From Pseudomonadota bacterium (GTDB lineage: Bacteria; Pseudomonadota; Alphaproteobacteria; Sphingomonadales; Sphingomonadaceae), in NCBI GenBank assembly GCA_040385545.1, contig JAZKHF010000066.1:375-64374 (forward strand): DNA of 64,000 bases. The letters run 5' to 3'. The notes under the pieces are model-generated. The model searched no databases. It was not told where the DNA came from and saw only the letters and a program-made list of their open reading frames with translations. This document shows positions 17,474-27,670 of the stretch, in pieces. The position numbers and the translations under genes were made by a program. Numbering within the stretch: position 1 is the first letter of the stretch; every line of letters begins with the position of its first letter.

Positions 17474-17714
17474 GCCAATCGTCCAGCGGGCACTCGATTT
17501 TCAGTCGTTCGCGCTCGGCTTGATCGCCGGCGGAATCCTCGCATCGCTGATTTCGGTGTTCGTCCAGCGGACGCGATACCGCGATCTCCACCGGAAGAAC
17601 CGCGCGCTGGCATCCTACCTTCGCACTCAGGCATCGCTGATTGGAGCTCTTGGGCAAACGATCGGTCAACTGCGCTGCGAGCTACGCTCTCACGACCGCG
17701 AACGCGCACAGTGA
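17466..17714 (+). CDS. Small TM protein
   Basis: Hydrophobic segment, overlapping neighbours. Confidence 0.5.
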   Translation: MYEPIVQRALDFQSFALGLIAGGILASLISVFVQRTRYRDLHRKNRALASYLRTQASLIGALGQTIGQLRCELRSHDRERAQ

Positions 17715-18616
17715 TTTCGGATGAGAAGCGCAAGAAGCGCGCCCGGCCGCTGGTCCGCTGGCATGGCGGAAAATGGATGATCGCCAACTGGATCCTGGAA
17801 TTCCTGCCAGCGCACGAGACGTATACCGAAGCGTTCGGCGGCGGCGCGTCGATCTTGCTTCGCAAGCCGCGCGCGTCGATGGCCGAAGTCTACAACGACC
17901 TGGATCAGACGATCGTTCGCATCTTCAAAGTGCTACGAGATCCCGCGAAGGCCGAGCAGCTGAAAACCCTGCTTCGCCTGACGCCCTACAGCCGCGAGGA
18001 GTTTCTGGCGGCCTATGAGCCGACGGATGATCCGGTCGAGGAAGTGCGCCGCACCTTGGTCCGCTCGTGGATGGGCTATGGTTCGGACGGCACGGCCGGC
18101 GTCTACCGCACCGGCTTTCGGTCGATCGTGAACCATGCGGGAAAAACGCCGGCGAGCGAGTGGGTCAATTACCGCTCTTCGCTGGACGCCACGATCGAAC
18201 GGATCGACGGCGTCACCCTCGAGTCGTGCGATGCGTTCGAATTACTTGTCCGCTACGACACGGAAGATACGCTTCACTATGTCGATCCGCCCTATTTGAC
18301 ATCTACCAGGAGTTCCGGAAACCGCCGCCGCGGTGCCGGCTATCACGTCTACCAGCACGAGCTCAGCGAAGATGACCATGTTCGGCTGCTTGAATTGTTG
18401 AACGGCCTGAGCGGCATGGTTGTGCTGAGCGGCTATCCGAGCGCACTATACGAGAAACACCTGGTGGGCTGGCGGCGCGAGGAACGCGCGGCATTCGCCG
18501 ACGGCGGATCGCCCAGGACCGAAGTGATCTGGATCAACCCGCGGTGCGCGGAGCGTTTGAAGGAAGAACAGCATTATCGGGACAGTCACGCGCCAGTCCT
18601 GCAGTTTGGGAGTTAA
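17711..18616 (+). CDS. Dam-like (D12 class) DNA adenine methyltransferase
   Basis: RWHGGK, YTEAFGGGAS, EVYNDLD, HYVDPPY. Confidence 0.93.
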   Translation: MISDEKRKKRARPLVRWHGGKWMIANWILEFLPAHETYTEAFGGGASILLRKPRASMAEVYNDLDQTIVRIFKVLRDPAKAEQLKTLLRLTPYSREEFLAAYEPTDDPVEEVRRTLVRSWMGYGSDGTAGVYRTGFRSIVNHAGKTPASEWVNYRSSLDATIERIDGVTLESCDAFELLVRYDTEDTLHYVDPPYLTSTRSSGNRRRGAGYHVYQHELSEDDHVRLLELLNGLSGMVVLSGYPSALYEKHLVGWRREERAAFADGGSPRTEVIWINPRCAERLKEEQHYRDSHAPVLQFGS

Positions 18617-19026
18617 TGATGGATCAGAAGAACGTCATCGTCAGCCGCCCCACCTTTGCCGAGCTCGTAACCGCCATCCAGCGCGGCGGGCTGCAGGACG
18701 CGCTTCAAGAGGATGGTTCGATCGTGCTCGGATCGGCCGTCTTCGTAAGTGCTTCGCCAGAGGACACGCACAAAGGCCGATGTGCACGCGTCGCCGCCCA
18801 GATCGCCGACGCGGCCACGCCCGGGCTTGAAGGGCCATGCTATGATGACGGCCGGATTCGCATCCTCACTCGATGCAAGGCCGACGGCGTGCACCTGATC
18901 CGGACTAACGGACATGACTCGACGTCGATGACCAGCATCATCCCGCGCGCTGCCCTTTTCGCGACCGCGGCAGAGCTAATTGATTGCATGGGGCGTCCGG
19001 CGATTGACGGCGAAGCGCCGGCGTGA
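18616..19026 (+). CDS. Hypothetical protein
   Basis: TAATG coupling to MTase. Confidence 0.55.
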   Translation: MMDQKNVIVSRPTFAELVTAIQRGGLQDALQEDGSIVLGSAVFVSASPEDTHKGRCARVAAQIADAATPGLEGPCYDDGRIRILTRCKADGVHLIRTNGHDSTSMTSIIPRAALFATAAELIDCMGRPAIDGEAPA

Positions 19027-19073
19027 GAGCCTTGCTCTTGGCCCTTAGACAAGGCCATGCTCCCCGCCCGCGG

Positions 19074-19112
19074 TGGCGCCGGTGTCAATATGGGCACCGG
19101 CGCCATTTCGTT
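19074..19112 (+). terminator. Probable intrinsic terminator
   Basis: TGGCGCCGGTGTC...GGCACCGGCGCCA hairpin then TTTCGTT. Confidence 0.6.
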
Positions 19113-19194
19113 ATGGACAGCCGCGACGGCCAGCCGCATTCTCACCACTTCCCGAACGCGAGTCGAACGGGTTTCAACCATAGGGAGCAATGAA

Positions 19195-19638
19195 ATGCAG
19201 GAAGAGATTGACCGGCTTCGCGCCAGCGTCGCATCGCAGAAAAGCGTCATCGGCGGCGTCGTGATCTTCGTTCGTGATCTACTCGAGCGCGTCCGCGCCG
19301 CGGCCGACGACCCCGACGAGATCCGCCAACTGACCGATGAAGTCGAGGCCAGCACCGCGGCACTCGCCCAGGCGATCGCCGTCCAGACGCCGGCCAGCGA
19401 CGAAGTCCATGCGGTCGACGGCGGCACCGGCGACGACGAAACCACGGTCGACGCCGACAATCCGGAGCTCGTCAGCGAAGGCACCGGACAGGTCGCGACG
19501 GCGGTTGAGGGTGATGAGCTCTCTGGCGAAGAAGCCGGCGACGGCGAAGGTGCCGGGGATTCGTCCGCCGGCGCCACTGACACGTCCACTGACACCGGCG
19601 CCGCCGGTGAAGGAGAGGGCGACGAAGATCCGGCGTAA
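19195..19638 (+). CDS. Helical protein with long acidic tail
   Basis: AGGGAG RBS, MQEEIDRL; D/E-rich C-terminal half. Confidence 0.7.
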   Translation: MQEEIDRLRASVASQKSVIGGVVIFVRDLLERVRAAADDPDEIRQLTDEVEASTAALAQAIAVQTPASDEVHAVDGGTGDDETTVDADNPELVSEGTGQVATAVEGDELSGEEAGDGEGAGDSSAGATDTSTDTGAAGEGEGDEDPA

Positions 19639-19659
19639 GCAACCCGCCTGATCGTTGGG

Positions 19660-19694
19660 AGGGCGTCGGAGCGATCCGGCGCCCTTTCGTTTTG
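19660..19694 (+). terminator. Probable intrinsic terminator
   Basis: AGGGCGTCGGA GCGA TCCGGCGCCCT then TTCGTTTT. Confidence 0.65.
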
Positions 19695-19735
19695 TCTCGG
19701 TTTGCCTCGCGAGACGAAACGATTATAGCAAAACG

Positions 19736-20386
19736 ATGCCAACGCCGATTGATCCGAAGAAGCTCCCTGGCCTTCGGGCTACGCTCAAGCGGTTCAAGCC
19801 CGGCGAAATGCTGCCACAGAAAGAGTTGGCGACAATCTACGGTGTCACGAATGCCCGCTTCACGACTTTGATACACGAGCGGTTCGAGAATTTCCCTCCG
19901 CCCGAGCGCCACAACGACAAGACCCACTGGTATGAAGCCCGGCCGGCGATCGAGAGCATGATCGCCTACCTGTCTGGCCAGGGTGCGAAAAAGCGAGCCA
20001 GCGCCGTTCGCGCCGCGGAGGTCATGGGTGCGGTCAAGAGAGAGACCGCCGGCCGGACGAAGAAGGATCCTGAGCCCGACGAAGAGCCGCTGATGACGCC
20101 GGCCGAGATCGACAAGCTCGCGAGCGGCCAGACGCGGGTGTTTCGGCTGGCGCAGGAGAAGCGCGAGTTCGTCCGAGCCGCCCTCGTCACGCACATTGTC
20201 CGCTTGCTCTTCACCACGGTCCAGCGATCGGTGTCGTCGATTCCAGCTGCGGTCGATCCCAACGGCGAGCTCCCACCGCTTCATCGCGCTCGGCTCGAGT
20301 CAGCGGTGCGCGACATGATGGTCCTGATCCACGGCACCGTGAAGGACGTCTTGGCCGACGACGACGTGGTGGCCGGTGTTTCTTGA
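19736..20386 (+). CDS. Terminase small subunit (Nu1-like)
   Basis: N-terminal wHTH (QKELATIYGVT), coiled coil, overlaps large terminase. Confidence 0.7.
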   Translation: MPTPIDPKKLPGLRATLKRFKPGEMLPQKELATIYGVTNARFTTLIHERFENFPPPERHNDKTHWYEARPAIESMIAYLSGQGAKKRASAVRAAEVMGAVKRETAGRTKKDPEPDEEPLMTPAEIDKLASGQTRVFRLAQEKREFVRAALVTHIVRLLFTTVQRSVSSIPAAVDPNGELPPLHRARLESAVRDMMVLIHGTVKDVLADDDVVAGVS

Positions 20387-22481
20387 CGTCAAGGCAGAGC
20401 TTCGCCGAACGGTGGTGGAGCTTCGGCACGCGAGCAGCGAAGCCGCCCATCCTAACGTCTTTGAGATTGCCAGGCGCGAGCTCGACCTTCTCCGCCCGGT
20501 CGAATCCATCAGCACGGCCGAAGTGGCGCGCGAATATCGCTTCATGCCGGCGTTCGGCGGCGGCAAGGTGCGCTTCCAGCCGAAGAAGACGCCTTACACG
20601 GGCGCGATCCACGACGCCTTCGACGACGTCCAGAAGCGTTTGATCCTGGTCGAAGGCCCGGCTCGATCGGGCAAGACGACCAGCGCCGAAGACTATCTCC
20701 TCAAAGTGGGCAAGTTCGGCCCGGCGCGCGGCGTGCTCTGGTATATGCACAGCGAACCGGACCTTCGCCGCTACGTCGAGGAGCGCGTTGAATTCTTCCT
20801 TCGCGAGCACGAAGGCTTGGCCGAGAAAGTTGCCGGCCGCCAAAAGCGCAATAAGTGGAACCTGAAACAGATCGACGGGATGACGTGGGAGTGGCTTCCG
20901 GCCAACGCGTCGACGACTCGAGCCCGATCGGCCGCTCTGATCGTCGCCGACGAAATCGACGCCATGCGGCCGGCGATCGGCGACGCGATCACCACCCTCA
21001 TCCGCAACCGCCAGCGCGAATATGGATCGCTCGCCAAGGGCTTCATCGCCTCTCACCCTGATCGCGGGCCGACGCACGGTATCGCGAAGCTGCTCGAGGA
21101 TAGCGACTATCGCCTTCGCTATTGGGCGTGTCCGGAATGCGCGCACCTTATCTCGCCCAACTATCAGGCTCCCAAGGAACGCCGCGTGACGTGGAATGTC
21201 GCCGCGCTTATGGACGAAGCGGGGGATGATATGACCCGCGACGAATTGATCGAATATGTCGCCAGCCGCGTCGCGCTGATCTGTCCCCATTGCAAGGCCA
21301 GGATCGATAATGACACGAGGCTCGATCTCGACGCCGCCGGCGAGTGGATAGGCAAGGGCCAGTCGATCGACGAGCACGAGAATGTCGTGGGCGAGCTTAT
21401 CAAGCACGACACGGCGGGATTCTCGATCCACGCGTTCATGTCGCCGTTCGTTCGACTGGACGAGCTCGTTCGCGAATATGTCGCCGCCTATCTGAATTTC
21501 CGTGACGACGGCTCCGATGAGCTCTTGCGCCAGGTCAACGTGAAGTCTCTGGGCGAGGTCCACGTTGATCCCGACGACGAGGCGGCGAAGCAGCGCGATT
21601 GGAAAGAGACGAAGGCTCAGCACCTAGATACCGGGTATAAGCTCGCGACCGTTCCGCGTGGCGTCGATTTCCTGACGATGATGGTCGACGTCCAGGGCAA
21701 CCGATTCGAGGCTGGCGTATGGGGATGGTCTCGCTATCGCGAATGCTGGCTGATCGATCGCTTCGCCATCAAGCAACGGTTGGGCCTGAAAGACATTAAC
21801 CCGGGCGAGAACATCGACGATTGGGACGTGCTCGAGACCGCGCTGGCGTTCACCTATCCGCTCAACGACGGGACCGGGCGTCACCTGGGCATCGCCAAGA
21901 TGGCCGTCGACACCGGCGGCGTGCCCGGCGTGACCAACAACGCGCGCATCTGGGCATCCAATCTTCTCGCCAGCGGTCGCGCCGAGGCGTGGAGGATCAT
22001 GCTGTCGAAGGGTGAGAAGGACATGGCCGGCGAGCTTTACGGCCGCGTGAACAAGATCCGCGAGGACGATGGTGGTCGCGAGCTCGCCGTCGTGGTGAAC
22101 GAGCGAATCGTCAACGTGTCAGCGATCAAGCGGATCATGTCGCGCCGTCTGGGGATCGACCAGCCGGGCCCGGGTTTCATCCACTTGCCGCAAGACGTCG
22201 AAGATCGGCACGTTAAGGAATTGGTAAGCGAGACGTTCACGAACGGCGTCTGGCTCCGCCGCGGCGCGAACGAAACATGGGACACGCTCATCATGTGCGA
22301 GGTTGCCCGGGCGCTCCTGGCGCCGGACAGCGCAGAGATCGACTGGATCAAGAACCCGCCGGCGTTCGCGTCCCCGTTCATTCCATCGCAAAAAGCGAAA
22401 GATGGTGATACCACGCCTGGCGAGGTCGATTTCTTCGATCGGCTGTCGAAACTAAACCGGGGCAGGAAGACGACCAGATGA
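20376..22481 (+). CDS. Terminase large subunit (lambda GpA family)
   Basis: GPARSGKT, IVADEID, CPEC/CPHC, MVDVQG, AVDTGG, NETWD. Confidence 0.95.
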   Translation: MFLDVKAELRRTVVELRHASSEAAHPNVFEIARRELDLLRPVESISTAEVAREYRFMPAFGGGKVRFQPKKTPYTGAIHDAFDDVQKRLILVEGPARSGKTTSAEDYLLKVGKFGPARGVLWYMHSEPDLRRYVEERVEFFLREHEGLAEKVAGRQKRNKWNLKQIDGMTWEWLPANASTTRARSAALIVADEIDAMRPAIGDAITTLIRNRQREYGSLAKGFIASHPDRGPTHGIAKLLEDSDYRLRYWACPECAHLISPNYQAPKERRVTWNVAALMDEAGDDMTRDELIEYVASRVALICPHCKARIDNDTRLDLDAAGEWIGKGQSIDEHENVVGELIKHDTAGFSIHAFMSPFVRLDELVREYVAAYLNFRDDGSDELLRQVNVKSLGEVHVDPDDEAAKQRDWKETKAQHLDTGYKLATVPRGVDFLTMMVDVQGNRFEAGVWGWSRYRECWLIDRFAIKQRLGLKDINPGENIDDWDVLETALAFTYPLNDGTGRHLGIAKMAVDTGGVPGVTNNARIWASNLLASGRAEAWRIMLSKGEKDMAGELYGRVNKIREDDGGRELAVVVNERIVNVSAIKRIMSRRLGIDQPGPGFIHLPQDVEDRHVKELVSETFTNGVWLRRGANETWDTLIMCEVARALLAPDSAEIDWIKNPPAFASPFIPSQKAKDGDTTPGEVDFFDRLSKLNRGRKTTR

Positions 22482-22717
22482 GCATCTACGCCGACATGAC
22501 CGTGGAGCAGCTGGAAGCCGAGATCCAATCGCTCCGCGAGAAGATACGCGGCGGCACTGAGCCGTCGATTCGCTCCGTTGCCGGCGAGGGACGTCGCGTC
22601 GAATTCGCCGGCGGCAACGCGTCCAATCTTCGTCAACTCCTTCGCGAAGCAGAGGCCGCGCTGGCGGTGCTCACCGGGGGGAGCGGCGGCCAGGCAATCG
22701 GGGTGTGGTTTCCATGA
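22478..22717 (+). CDS. gpW-like head-tail joining protein
   Basis: Size and position between terminase and portal; GRRVEF hairpin. Confidence 0.75.
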   Translation: MSIYADMTVEQLEAEIQSLREKIRGGTEPSIRSVAGEGRRVEFAGGNASNLRQLLREAEAALAVLTGGSGGQAIGVWFP

Positions 22718-24519
22718 ACAGCGATCACGTCACCGTCAAAGCGCCGCGCGCGCCGCGCCGCGGAAAGAATGCGATCCTGCCCAACGGCGGGATCGGTATG
22801 CTGCGCGATCCGGCTGGGCTGAATTTCGGTCGCGGCTACTATAGAGATGCTAGCCCTGGCTTCTCTGGCGAGACGATCTTCTCGCCGAACCTTCCGAGCG
22901 CGAACGAAGAGATTAATCGCTCTCGCGACTATGCCGTGAAGCACGCGCGAGACGCCGATCGCAACCAGCCGTTGATGAACGCCGGTCTCACGAAGCGAGC
23001 GATCAACACCGTCGGCGCGTCGCTCCGCCTCCAATATATGCCCAATTGGGAAGCGCTGGGCATCGATCCCAATGACGAAGCGGCGATCAAGTTCACGGAC
23101 ATGGTCGAAAGCCACTTTTCCCTGTGGGGCGAGGATTTCCGGCTGGGATGCGACGCTCAGCGCCAGGGCCAATTCGGCGCCCTGATGCTGCTTGCCGCCC
23201 GCGAGTGCCTGGGCACTGAGGGCGAGACGCTGATTATCAATCGCTACGACGAAGAGCGGATGGAGCGCTATCGGCTCGCCTACGCTACGTTCATCGAGAT
23301 CGTGTCGTGCGATCGCCTTTCGACGCCGGACTTCTACGTCGAAATGCCTGACAAGCCGAAGATCGTTTCCGGCCGGGAGCTCGACGAATGGGGCGCGGCC
23401 GTGGCGTTCCACGTCCTCGAGGCGCATCCGAGCGAGTCGAACGGACAGCGCAAGTGGGCGCGCGTCGTTCGCGAGACAGAGTGGGGCCGGCCAGTCGGGA
23501 TCCATTTCTTCTTCCGCCACCGCGCGGGACAGCAGCGCGCTATGCCGGCGATTATCCAGTCGCTTCGCAACGTGAAGATGCTGAACAAGTTCGACGACGC
23601 CCAGCTGGAAGCCGCGGTGGTCAACGCCATGCTGTCGATCTACGTCGAAAGCGAAGGCACCGCGGCCGAAGTCCTCGCCAAGCTGCAGACCGCGACGCCG
23701 ACGGGCGGGACGAGTGTGCTCGGCGAGCTCTGGGATAAGCGCTTCACCTTCTACGAGACGAACGAGCTCACCGCGGACGGGATGCGAATCCCGGTCTTGC
23801 CGCCCGGCGACAAGATCACGATGGAGTCAACGTCGCGCGCCAACGGCGATTCGAAGGACTTCCGCGCCGCGTTCCACCGCGCGATGGCCTCGCAGTTGAA
23901 CCTCACCTATGAGCAATTTTCCGGCGACTATTCGGAAACGACTTTCTCGAGCGCCCGCGCTGCGCTGCTCGACGTCTGGCGCCTCATCACCGCCGATCGT
24001 CTGCTTTTCACACAGCACACCGCGTATCAGATCTTCGTAGGCTTCATGGAAGAGTTGTTCGTTCGCGGCGATGAGGTCGGTTTCGAATGGCCGGCCGATT
24101 GGCCAGACTTCTACGAAAATATGACCGCCTACACTCAGTGCGAATTCCGCGGTCCAGGCATGGGTTGGGTCGATCCGGCGAAGGATGCCCAGGGTGCCAA
24201 GCTGCGCGTCGAGCAGGGTCTTACCAGCCCGACGTATGAGGCATCGCAGCAGGGCCAGAGCTTCGCGGACAACATCGCCCAGATCCGCCGCGACCACGCG
24301 TTGGCGCGGAAGAACGGCGTGGCGATTCCCGGGATGCCCGAGTTCGCCGATCTCACGCGCCAGGCCAAGACGGACCCGGATGCCGAGGCTGCGGCTGGGG
24401 CGTCGGATGGCGCGGACCCGGACGAGAACCGCGACGCCGACGGGAAGTTCGGCGAGGGCGAGCAGGAACAGCAGGACGAAGAGCGCCGGCGCAAGAAGAA
24501 GGAAAAGACCGATGAGTAA
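22714..24519 (+). CDS. Portal protein (lambda family)
   Basis: GRELDEWG, GQQRAMP, GDYSETTFSSARA, WVDPAKD. Confidence 0.95.
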   Translation: MNSDHVTVKAPRAPRRGKNAILPNGGIGMLRDPAGLNFGRGYYRDASPGFSGETIFSPNLPSANEEINRSRDYAVKHARDADRNQPLMNAGLTKRAINTVGASLRLQYMPNWEALGIDPNDEAAIKFTDMVESHFSLWGEDFRLGCDAQRQGQFGALMLLAARECLGTEGETLIINRYDEERMERYRLAYATFIEIVSCDRLSTPDFYVEMPDKPKIVSGRELDEWGAAVAFHVLEAHPSESNGQRKWARVVRETEWGRPVGIHFFFRHRAGQQRAMPAIIQSLRNVKMLNKFDDAQLEAAVVNAMLSIYVESEGTAAEVLAKLQTATPTGGTSVLGELWDKRFTFYETNELTADGMRIPVLPPGDKITMESTSRANGDSKDFRAAFHRAMASQLNLTYEQFSGDYSETTFSSARAALLDVWRLITADRLLFTQHTAYQIFVGFMEELFVRGDEVGFEWPADWPDFYENMTAYTQCEFRGPGMGWVDPAKDAQGAKLRVEQGLTSPTYEASQQGQSFADNIAQIRRDHALARKNGVAIPGMPEFADLTRQAKTDPDAEAAAGASDGADPDENRDADGKFGEGEQEQQDEERRRKKKEKTDE

Positions 24520-25444
24520 GCGCAGCCTCGTCAACGTCTCGCGCCAGCTGTTCAACCGCCCGGTCTTCGTCACCGAAGATTGGGCATCGGTGCTTATCAG
24601 CGCCGCCAGGAGCGAGCTCAATGTCGACATAATCGAGCAGTCGGACGGCCGCCGTCTCGATCGCTTCGAAATGGAAACGCTGGCCCGCGACGCACGCGCC
24701 GACGTCGACGAGAAGCGCAACCGCGTCGAACGGCGCATCTTCGACGAGGCCAATGGCATCGCGATCATTCCGATTTCGGGCACGCTGACGAAGACCTGGG
24801 GCCTGGACCCTTACAGCGGCTTCACCGGCTACGACGGGATCAAGGCGAAGATCGTCGCCGCGATGGACGACGACGGGATCGACGCGATCCTGCTCGACAT
24901 TGATTCGCCGGGCGGTGCCGTCGCCGGCTGCTTCGACCTGGTGGATTTCATCTACGCGGTGCGCGAATCGAACGTGAAGCCGATCGCGGCGATCGCAAAT
25001 GAGCTCGCGTGCTCGGCGGCCTATGCGATCATGTCGGCGGCGTCGCCCGGGCTCCGTTGGGCGCCGCGAACGGGCGAAGTCGGATCGATCGGCGTGCTGA
25101 TGATGTATACCAACGTCGAGAAAGCGATGCAGCAGGACGGCGTTGAGGTTCGGATATTTCGCGCCGGCGCTCACAAGGCGGAGGGCAATCCGTTCGAGAA
25201 ATTGGGCGACGACACGGCCGCCCGCATCCAGAAAACTCTGGACGAAATGCGCGACCTTTTCATCAACACCGTGGCCCGAAATCTAACGCGTGACGGCGGC
25301 GATGTGGACGCGTTCAAAAAAACTATTCGCGAAACTGAGGGTTTGACGTATATCGGCGATCACGCACGGGGCATTGGGCTAGTCGACACGGTCGGTTCCG
25401 AAGATCAGCTTTGGTCCCGATTGATGGAGAGTTTGGGGCGATAG
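24512..25444 (+). CDS. S49 prohead protease
   Basis: LDIDSPGG, ACSAAY, GSIGV, AGAHKAEGNP. Confidence 0.93.
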   Translation: MSKRSLVNVSRQLFNRPVFVTEDWASVLISAARSELNVDIIEQSDGRRLDRFEMETLARDARADVDEKRNRVERRIFDEANGIAIIPISGTLTKTWGLDPYSGFTGYDGIKAKIVAAMDDDGIDAILLDIDSPGGAVAGCFDLVDFIYAVRESNVKPIAAIANELACSAAYAIMSAASPGLRWAPRTGEVGSIGVLMMYTNVEKAMQQDGVEVRIFRAGAHKAEGNPFEKLGDDTAARIQKTLDEMRDLFINTVARNLTRDGGDVDAFKKTIRETEGLTYIGDHARGIGLVDTVGSEDQLWSRLMESLGR

Positions 25445-25466
25445 CTGCCAAACCGACAGGAGTTTG

Positions 25467-26114
25467 ATGATGAGCCTTCGTGATCGTTTCCCCTCAGTCG
25501 CAGCCTTGCTCCGTCTTGGCGATGCCGACGAAACCGAAACCACCAATGCTCCCACCGAAGACGAAGATGGCAACGACGACGGCGAGGACGGGGTCAAGAA
25601 GCCGAAGCCCGCGGCCGATGGCGAAGATGACGGCGACGGCGACGGCGACGGTCAAGGCGATGACGCCGGCCAGGCGCAGCCAGGCGCCAACGCGCTTGAA
25701 ACCGTTCGTTCGCTCGGCTCGATCGCCTCAGACGCGCAGCTGCTTGACGCGTTCGACCGCGACGCGAACCTTTTGGTCGCTGGCGAACGCCAGCGTTGCA
25801 TCGACATTTTCACGTCCCGCGAGGGCAAGGCGAATCCAGACGGCGCTGCCGCGGTGATTGTCGACACGGACATGACGGCGCCCAAGGCAATCAAGTTCCT
25901 GGGCACGTTCGGTTCAAACAATCGCTCGCTCGGCCGGGACCGTCTCAATCACGGCACGGAAACGAGCCCGCGCACCGGCGCGTCGACCGATATGGCCGCG
26001 GCCAGCGCCGACGTGCTGACGACCCACAAGGAAAAGCGGAAGGCGCGCAGCGCCGCCGCGGCAAAACGTGGCCAGGTCCAGGTCGGCAAAGAGCCGGCCG
26101 AGACCGAAGCCTGA
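25467..26114 (+). CDS. Capsid scaffolding protein (Nu3-like)
   Basis: Position after protease; acidic low-complexity region; GERQRCIDI. Confidence 0.6.
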   Translation: MMSLRDRFPSVAALLRLGDADETETTNAPTEDEDGNDDGEDGVKKPKPAADGEDDGDGDGDGQGDDAGQAQPGANALETVRSLGSIASDAQLLDAFDRDANLLVAGERQRCIDIFTSREGKANPDGAAAVIVDTDMTAPKAIKFLGTFGSNNRSLGRDRLNHGTETSPRTGASTDMAAASADVLTTHKEKRKARSAAAAKRGQVQVGKEPAETEA

Positions 26115-26141
26115 CTCGCGGCGAAGAAGAGGTAGAAGATC

Positions 26142-26519
26142 ATGGTAGCGAAAGTCTACAAGCGGATCCTTGACGGTGAGCACGTCATCACCGAAGCCAA
26201 TGGCTCCATGTCGCGCGAGCAGATCCTTCTCTATCGCGGCGCGAAGATCGCCCCGGGCACCGTGCTCGGCATGATTACCGCTTCGAAGCTGTGGAAGCCG
26301 CTCGATCTCGCCGCCGTCGATGGTAGTCAGACCGCGGCGGGCATTCTTCGTGACGGCCGCCGCGAGCTCACCACCGCCGATACGCGCCGCGCGGTTGCCA
26401 ACGTCCGCGACACGGACGTCAACGGCAAGAAGCTGATCTGGCCGGCCGGTATTACCGTGAACCAGCGCAAGGCTGCAGAAGTGCAGCTTGCAGGAACGAA
26501 CGTGCTGGTTCGCTACTAG
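26142..26519 (+). CDS. Head decoration protein (gpD-like)
   Basis: SREQI, GTVLG, DGSQTAAGIL, LIWPAG. Confidence 0.88.
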   Translation: MVAKVYKRILDGEHVITEANGSMSREQILLYRGAKIAPGTVLGMITASKLWKPLDLAAVDGSQTAAGILRDGRRELTTADTRRAVANVRDTDVNGKKLIWPAGITVNQRKAAEVQLAGTNVLVRY

Positions 26520-26581
26520 AGACTGAGGAAGGGATCGCCGTCTGGGTCAAGACAGGGGCGTCAAGAACGAGGACCGAAACC

Positions 26582-27616
26582 ATGCTCGCTTATGACGTTT
26601 TCACTGACGACGCTTTCTCCGTCGCCGAAATGCGGGAAATGGTCGACGACCTGACCTATATCCCTGACGAGCTCAATCGGATGGGCATCTTCACCGCGGA
26701 CCCGATTCGCACGACCACGGTGATGATTGGCCGCTCCAAAGAGAGCCTGACGCTGGTTCCGATCACCGAACGCGGTTCGCAGCGCACCCGGCTCGAGCGC
26801 GACGAGCGCAACCTGATTGGTTTGTCGACCGTCGCTCTTCGTCAGGAAGACCGGATCAACAGCCAGTCGTTGCAGAATATCGCGCCGGAAGGCACGCCCT
26901 ACGACGCCGCGCTGTCCGGCGCGCTCGACGAGGTCGAGAAGCGCAACCGCAAGATGATGCGGAAGCTCGAGCTCACCCGTGAATTCCATCGCATGGCCGC
27001 GATCCAAGGCTATGTGATCGACGCCGACGGCTCAATTTCCAGGGACGTTTACGACGATTTCGGCATCACCCGTCCGGCCGCTGTCGTCATCAATCCCGCG
27101 CTGGTCGAAGGCAATCTTCGCAAAGCAATCTATGCGGGCATCACGCGTCCGCTGACGGAAACTCTCAACCGATCGAGCCGGAACGCGCCGCGCGGCATTG
27201 TGGCGCTGTGCGGCGACGACTTTTTCGACGCGCTCATCACCGCGCCGGAAATCCGCGAAACCTATCTCAACACCGCCCAAGCTCAGGATCTTCGTCAGGG
27301 TTTCGTGCCCTACGAGGCATTCAACTATGCCGGCGTGCGCTGGATGAATTACCGCGGAACGAACGACGGGACCACGATCGCGATCCCGACGGACGAATGC
27401 GTGTTCATCCCCACCGGCGTCGAAGATATGTTCGCCGAGTTCCGCTCCCCGGGCGAGGATTTCGCGCACATTAACAAGCCGGGCGCGGAATTCTATTCCG
27501 TCGTCTCGCCCGACAACCGCATCAACCGCACCGAATATGTGGACGTCACGCTCGACGCCTACCCGCTGTTCGTCTGCCTGGTGTTGGAAGGGCTGCTTCG
27601 CGGCACGCTGCCGTAA
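26582..27616 (+). CDS. Major capsid protein (lambda gpE family)
   Basis: TREFHRMAAIQG, ALCGDDFFDALI; position after gpD. Confidence 0.92.
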   Translation: MLAYDVFTDDAFSVAEMREMVDDLTYIPDELNRMGIFTADPIRTTTVMIGRSKESLTLVPITERGSQRTRLERDERNLIGLSTVALRQEDRINSQSLQNIAPEGTPYDAALSGALDEVEKRNRKMMRKLELTREFHRMAAIQGYVIDADGSISRDVYDDFGITRPAAVVINPALVEGNLRKAIYAGITRPLTETLNRSSRNAPRGIVALCGDDFFDALITAPEIRETYLNTAQAQDLRQGFVPYEAFNYAGVRWMNYRGTNDGTTIAIPTDECVFIPTGVEDMFAEFRSPGEDFAHINKPGAEFYSVVSPDNRINRTEYVDVTLDAYPLFVCLVLEGLLRGTLP

Positions 27617-27670
27617 GCGGGATTGGCAATCGGCCGGCGACGGCGAGGGTAAGGTTCGGAGGAACGAAAA

